Shown here piece after piece: positions 50,119 through 56,914 of a stretch of DNA of 56,914 bases. This stretch comes from Catajapyx aquilonaris. Its lineage: Eukaryota. The notes beneath the pieces are model-generated. The model was not told the DNA's origin, did not search any database, and was given only the letters and a program-made list of their open reading frames with translations. Positions within the stretch are counted from its first letter, which is position 1. Each line of letters starts with the position of its first letter. A program made the position numbers and the translations under genes. The stretch covers positions 1-56,914 of the forward strand of contig KZ538642.1 in NCBI GenBank assembly GCA_000934665.2, given 5' to 3'.

Positions 50119-53100
50119 ATGGAGTTGGACAGCGTGAATATACCTGATGATCTGAAGAATTCTCCGGATGAAATAATAGTGTCCCATGGGTTCAAGACAT
50201 ATGGAAGCGGCAAAAGGGCATGCCATGTGCTGCACAACTATGGAATGACAGTCAAAAAAGGAACCATGTAAGTGTCACCAATTTGTGATAATTAGGCATA
50301 TTAATACTTGTGCTTATTAATTTTCTAATTTCGTTTCAGATATGCTTTGCTGGGTGCCAGTGGCTGCGGGAAGACAACCCTTCTGTCCTGCATTGTTGGA
50401 ATGAACGAGCTGGATGCAGGTGTCATCCACATCTTTGGCCACCCTCCCAAAACTCCAGGGCTGGGAGTCCCTGGTTCGAGGATCGGATACATGCCCCAGG
50501 AACTGGCCCTCAACATGGAATTCTCCATAGAGGAAGTGGTCAACTTTTATGGCCGAGTCCACGGGATGACCCAGGAGGCCATCAAGCAGCGCCTTGCCTT
50601 CCTCATGACCTTCCTTCAACTGCCCCACAAGACCAGGCTCATCCACACCCTCAGGTCAGTTGCATACACACCAAATTATATATGCAAACAACAGTGGACT
50701 GCATTTGTCTCTCTTCTGCATATTATAATAGTGGAGGGCAGCAACGACGCGTGTCTTTCGCCATTGCCCTTCTCCACGAACCAGAAATGCTGATTCTGGA
50801 CGAACCAACCGTCGGAGTCGACCCTCTTCTCAGGAAAATGTAAGGATCTACCAAAAACCAAAAGTTGCTGACTGATTTTGTTAAATCGTATTTGAAGGAT
50901 CTGGCGCCATCTTCGTGATCTGACATCGAAAGGAAATTGCACTGTTCTGTTGACGACCCATTACCTGGAGGAAGCTCGACACGCTCACATGGTTGGACTC
51001 ATGAGGAGTGGACACCTCTTGGCTCAAGACTCTCCTGCTGCTCTAGTTGTCAAACATAGCTCCAACAACTTGGAGGAAGTATTTTTGGACCTGTGCGTCA
51101 AAGACGAGCGTGTGACACAGAGGGGACCTCGAGTTCCAAGGAAGTCTCTGATCTTTAACCGGAAATCCTTCAGTCTGCCTCAGGAAGAACCTATGGCTGA
51201 ACCTCCGCATTCCTGCCAACCAATCAGATTGTCACAACACTTCAATCATATCTTGGCTATTTTCATCAAAATATTTGTACGGCATCGACGCATGTGGATG
51301 TAAGTAAGCAGAAGTAAATGAGCTCGGTTTTATTGGATTAAATTGAGTTTTAACACGCTCATTAGCATTCAGACGAGTGTCCATTATATGTGAAAATAAT
51401 CTTAATTTGTTTCAGTCCTTCTGTGTCGTACATTCTGATTCCCCCTTCCATCATCCTCCTGTTCTGCATTGTCTTGGGAGGTGACCCCAAGGGACTGAAG
51501 ATGGCAGTGGTGAACCACGAGTGGCCTCAGGAGCCAATATGTCAAGTATACGACGACTGCCTCTTCCTCAACCTTAGCTGCAGGTACCTTCAGGTACTGG
51601 ACCACAACATGATTACTCTGGTATGTTAACTCACCTCCAATGACAGCAGCATTGGCATAACAATATTGATACCATGCAGGTGCCCTACGAGGACGAGTCA
51701 TCAGCAGTGGCGTCTGTGGAAAGAGGAGAATCTTGGGGTGTCATTACCTTCCCAGAAACTTACTCAGATGCTACAGCAAACAGAGTTCTGGAGAACACAG
51801 GTGCCAGCAACGAAACGCTGCAAAACTCCATCGTTACAATTAACATGGACATGACAAGTAAGTGCAGAATTTTTCGTACCTGAAAACTTCTAATTATTAA
51901 AGATGTTAATAAGGATTATCAATTTTGTTTAGATCAACAGATCGGATACATTGTGCAGAGGATGGTGGGCCTCAAGTTTGAGGACTTTATGAAGCAAATG
52001 CTAGATACATGCAGCATGAACACACTCATGTCCAATCTGCCAGTTAAGGTGAAGTGTTAAATGTAGTGGAGAACGTGGTGCAGAATATAATATAGGGTGA
52101 TCCAAAGGGAAGGAATAGGTTGTGCAATTCCACCTAGCCAGTACTTTTGATGCTCATCAAAATAAACATTTCACAAAAGTAATTGAGCTTAAGCTCTTAG
52201 AGCCAGAAATATAACAGATATTTCATTTTGAACACCTAAATAACAGAAGTGAAAGTGAAAGTCTGCGTAGGGATGTTATGTGAGCTGAATATTTTGCTTG
52301 TTTGTTTACGCTCTTGTTTGGTTTCAGTTTGGAGATGCAATATTTGGGTCAAATTATCCCCAGTTCCAAGAATTCATATCTCCAGGAATTTTAATCAAGT
52401 AAGTAGACTCATGATATCTGTTTACATTAAACAATATTATTAGTTCACATTCAAATTTTATGTTACCCTCAGCTTCAACGTTGGATTCTGCGCAATACTT
52501 GCCGCGATGTACACTGTACTGGATCGAGCAAGTGGGATTTCCCATCGAGTTGAGGTTTCAGGTGAGAAACTAATTAAACTCTGTGTGGGTTTTTGCACAT
52601 AATTATGTTGTTACACTATAGTAAGTATGCTCAATGTAATGAGAGCTTCTCTTTGCAGGTATCTCATCGTGGGAAATAGTGACAGCCAATATGCTGTCCA
52701 TGCACATAATTTTGCTGATCCAAGTGACTGGCATGATCCTGACCCTCTACTTCTACCTGCAGCTGCCCATACTGTCCACATTTCCCCTGATCATCCTGCT
52801 TGTCATCATGCAAGGCTCGATGGGACTGGTGTACGGAGTGTTGGTGTCAGTCTTCTCTCCAACTATACCCGCCATGGTTTTCATCACATTTAGCACCTTC
52901 TTTCCGATGCTCTTGTCCAGTGGGACAATATGGCCATTGGAGGGACTACCATTCAGGTTCATGAAGTGGTTTTGTTGGATTTCTCCTACGACTTGGGCCA
53001 CGGAGGCGACCAGGAGCATGATGATCCGTGGATGGGGCATCACGCACTGGAAAGTCTGGCTAGGGTTTGTTACCACCATTGGATGGACACTACTGTTCAT

Positions 53101-53152
53101 GTTGCTTACTTATGTTGCACTGAAGTGTTTGAGGAAAAACCTTTTCGTTTAG
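50119..53152 (+). CDS. ABC half transporter, ABCH-like (often annotated 'ABC transporter G family member 20/23-like'), NBD-TMD order, 708 aa, 10 coding exons
   Basis: Exons 50119-50267, 50340-50654, 50732-50839, 50898-51299, 51416-51620, 51680-51857, 51933-52048, 52328-52398, 52473-52561, 52659-53152 (2127 nt, in frame). Walker [11 protein letters not shown]-loop GYMPQE, signature [10 protein letters not shown], Walker B/D-loop [13 protein letters not shown]-loop [11 protein letters not shown]-2 type TMD with SGTIWPLEG and [10 protein letters not shown]. Confidence 0.92.
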
Positions 53153-54159
53153 TTAGGCTAATGTAGCCGATGTATTGTTGGCACAAAGGATCATATAAAA
53201 GGCTATATAGTATTGTTCACATACCCTCTACTGAAGTCGTTTTCTCTTGTAGCAAAAACTCACTGTTAATGTGACATTGTTTCCAAAAATAAAGGATGTA
53301 TAGTCGTAGAACAATGCATTTAAATAATTTAATTTTCCTCTACACAGAACACTTATTTGGTCAATAGGACCAGGACTGTATAGGAAAGGAGTGTCTACTA
53401 GAGTGTGCAAATCGCCACAGTTGACCACATGACCCTCAGCCAGTTTCAAACTTTCAACTTGGAATATTCACAGTTGACAAGAATCAACAACCTTAATCGG
53501 AAGTGCTAGGTACGATTCTCAAGGACTTTGCAGAACCTGATATGTTTCTACGTCTCTGCATATTATTTATTATACCCCTTTTATACATGGAAATTCTTGC
53601 TTGTTTTATGTGTTTATTTTGTTTTGGTGTAGGTTTTCCTCCTAATATGCCAGTTACACCTAACAGTGTTATGTGAATATCCGCTTGACTGCTCCTTGCT
53701 TTCCTTGACTGGCTTTGCTAGCAGTTCCTGTTGTGTACAGCAATTTGTTTGGATCCTTTTTACCCATTTGTCATATTATTTGCTTACTCATTTTCCTGCA
53801 GCGCAACATTAACTTGATGTTGAGCAACATGCAATATTTCTTCCCATTACTCACTTGCTAGTCTGATACATGTGTGATTTGAAAGTACAGCAGTAAGTTT
53901 TATTTATTTATTTATTCATTTATTTATTTATTTATTTATTGTTGTTGTGGTTTTCTGTTGCAGCTAATTAGGTAACAACACGGTCATTAAAGAGCTTTTG
54001 TGGGAATTCTACGAGGTGCTTTTCCCACTACTTATAAAAGGCTGCAGTAATTCTGGCCTTATTATAGGCCTACTATTTTTATGGCATAGCACAGTGCAAA
54101 AAAAATCATTTTAGTTAATTTATCTGATCGATGTGCAATTGACATGATTGAAAACAATA

Positions 54160-54243
54160 ACACTAGGGAACAAAATTTAACTTGTTTTAGGCCCATGTAC
54201 AGTATATGGGCCAATAAACAAGTTAAATTTTATTCCCTAGTGT
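54160..54243. mobile_element. Short near-perfect palindrome (miniature MITE)
   Basis: ACACTAGGGAACAAAATTTAACTTGTTT...GGCCCAT / ATGGGCC...AAACAAGTTAAATTTTATTCCCTAGTGT. Confidence 0.65.
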
Positions 54244-56914
54244 ACTAAGCAAATGTGTTACTTCCAGGTTACTTCATCACATTTCCTCCTTCGTAATAAT
54301 TATTGTTACGTGAAGAAGAAAAACCGGTGCATGTTTTCCTGGTGGTTTCTCTCGTCCCTTACACTTAATAGTACAGTTATTACACGATAATTCTGATGAA
54401 TGATATATTTTATGTTTATATATCTATACCATTGTGCAGTTTTTCCTGATGTTTTCAGGCATATCATCCACATATCATGGCTCACCTGCCGGTCAAATAC
54501 ACGTAGCGTTATATCATCATAAGTAATGTGTGGGGTTCGTCAAGTGAATAAGATGCAACCGTTATTCACATTTAATAAGGTAATTTAAAAACCAATAATT
54601 CAATTGGATTTCATACGAGAATTTACGCCTCTGGTTGTTGCTGGTGTAAAGAATGCGTGCTTGTCACAAATACTTCGCATTAATTTTCCTCATTTTATGT
54701 AAGCGTACGTGGGATGGTCGAGTAACCAATGGTGCGTGTGAAGAGTGGGCGTTAACTTTTTTATTTAATTCCCCAAAGATGTGCATGTGCATAATAATGT
54801 AAGGTCATCTCGGGGAAGCCTCACGCAATGAGTGTACAATTAACTATAACAAAGTGGATAAAAATTAATCCAAAAAGTGAAATATTTTTGTAACATATTT
54901 GACATTAATTAATTAATTAAACTATTTGTGTAATAAGGTGCACTAGTAACTGTTTTGTACAATACCAGGCAATAATTTCGACAAATAAATGTTTCAGTTA
55001 CTTGTTCTACATGATTCCTATAGGAATTACAGTGACTACATAATTATTACAACACTTACGGTACTATTTTTACTACAGTAACCCCTTCATTAAGCAAATG
55101 TTTGTTCCCACATATTTACCCACGGCCGTTCATGACCTTCTTTTTTTCTCTCTCTTTTTACCATCAGAACTACGTCCTTCAATATAGCGGCTTCTTTCTC
55201 TTATTATTTTTTCAATGTCAAGTACGTCAAATTTTTGTGAGGGCACACGGTACACCCTGCCCCGTGTATTATTTTCCTACGTAGGAATGACGCAATCAGA
55301 TGCGCAAACCAAGGTGGGCAAAAACCGACAGTTGGGAAGCGGGTTAATTGGCCAGTTGCTTTTCCTTGTATTCATTCAGGCCGTGTCGTGCGGGTTCTTC
55401 GGAGGTGAGTGCTGCTCATTCCTTTATTTCAATGGTTTTTGGTATACCTGGATGTGCCTCTTGTACTTGTTGTAGCTGCTTAGCCTGATAAATTTTGGTA
55501 ATATAAAATTGGCTTGTTAATTTCAATTATACATTTTCATGTTGGTTATTTTAAATATCAGTACAGTAGTATAGTTAGTGCTACTAATACTTGTGAAAAA
55601 TCGTTCAATATGTACATAAGTGCCAGTACAATCAAGGTCGAGATATTGCTTTTTATAATTCTTGACAAGTACTTTGTGGTGAACATCACTATGTACTCCC
55701 TTCTGAAGCAATGTTTGCAAAAAAGTGGGAATCCCCATGACTTGACCTATACTTACTGGCGTAAGCGTACGTAACTGACCAAAGTAACTGACCTTCCATA
55801 ATATTCTGCAATGAAACGGCGCAGTTTGCATATAAGTTATAGGAAGTAATACTGTAATTATTATGTAAAGAATTACAATGTGGGATGCAAAGTATTACTA
55901 CGAGAAAGGTGGAAAATGTGGCCCTTATGTCGAACATATTGCAGTGAATTGCTTATTTTGCTGCACACAATATCGAAAAGAAGTTGTGGGCAAATGGTAG
56001 ACAAACGTGGCCTTGTGATTCTTATCGCTAAAAAAAATCCAAGTAGTTGTCCTTCCTTCTGATGCAGTCGTTTTGGAAATACAGTTGACCTCCAGTTCAT
56101 TTAATGAGGTCAAGTACAGCACGCAAGACATGCCCTTTTTTCTTGAAAAAATATATAGACTCACGTATTGCAGTAGCTTTTCTACTCAACACTTATCGGT
56201 GGGCTGTAAATTAAATTTATTGCCGGTGTCCACTATATGTAACTCATATGGGTATAATATTTAAAAATTATTATTATTATAGCAACAGGTTATACATTTA
56301 TTTCTTTATTTAATGTTCTTATTGCTGTGTATTCACATCGTCTTTTCCGCATTTGGGTACCTATAATCTACTGTATTATTTTATCCAGCAGTAAATTGCT
56401 AATAAATTTAGTTATATAATACGTATGAAACAATTAACTGCAAAAGCACGAAATCGACAGCCTTCTTTTGTAAGGCTTTCGTGAAAACTGTGATGGCCCA
56501 AGGGAATGGTGTGCAGACCAGACCAATTAAACTTGGATGACGCAGATGCAGAGTTATCATGCATCCTTATGACGCACATTTACTACCGGTTCTTTCAGTG
56601 TCAGAAAGAATTCAAGCTTCGAGCTTAATCCAACTTGAAGAGTTCATGGTGCTGGGGTTTTAAGCTTTTAACAATAAGTTAAAATTATTAGAGTACCGTA
56701 GTAAAGCAGCTTTCGGCAAATGCCCAATATGCACTTTTGTATGTAATTACGAGAAAAACTAAAAGGTCTTTCAATTATTTTATAAAGCTGCATAAATTAC
56801 AGGCAAATTACAATCTCAGTAGTGGTCCACGGCGGCTTACGGAGCCTCATGGAAAAATGCCGCAGTGTCGCCACCGTCTATGCGAGTTTAACATGGGAAA
56901 GCGCTACTGCGGCC

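Overview
Eukaryotic genomic DNA, most likely from an arthropod (short 58-80 nt GT-AG introns, an ABCH-type transporter, tRNA-derived and Nin/Deu-like SINEs). Three spliced protein-coding genes lie on the + strand: (1) the 3' part of an ARHGAP20-like RhoGAP (PH-RA-RhoGAP), unusually preceded by the C-terminal end of a DH/RhoGEF-like domain, with a >22 kb upstream region holding a textbook-looking recursive splice site; (2) a 4-exon cytosolic thymidine kinase (TK1 family) with Asp in place of the catalytic Glu; (3) a 10-exon ABCH-like half transporter. Between TK and the ABC gene (about 41.3-48.9 kb), two convergent multi-exon transcription units can be inferred from splice sites and poly(A) signals; both appear non-coding. 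Their introns hold arrays of 55-105 nt hairpins whose G:U wobble polarity follows the strand of the host, suggesting a possibly undescribed miRNA/hairpin-RNA cluster. The rest is SINEs, MITEs, Tc1/mariner relics and simple or satellite repeats. All calls were read by eye; no searches or folding programs were run.
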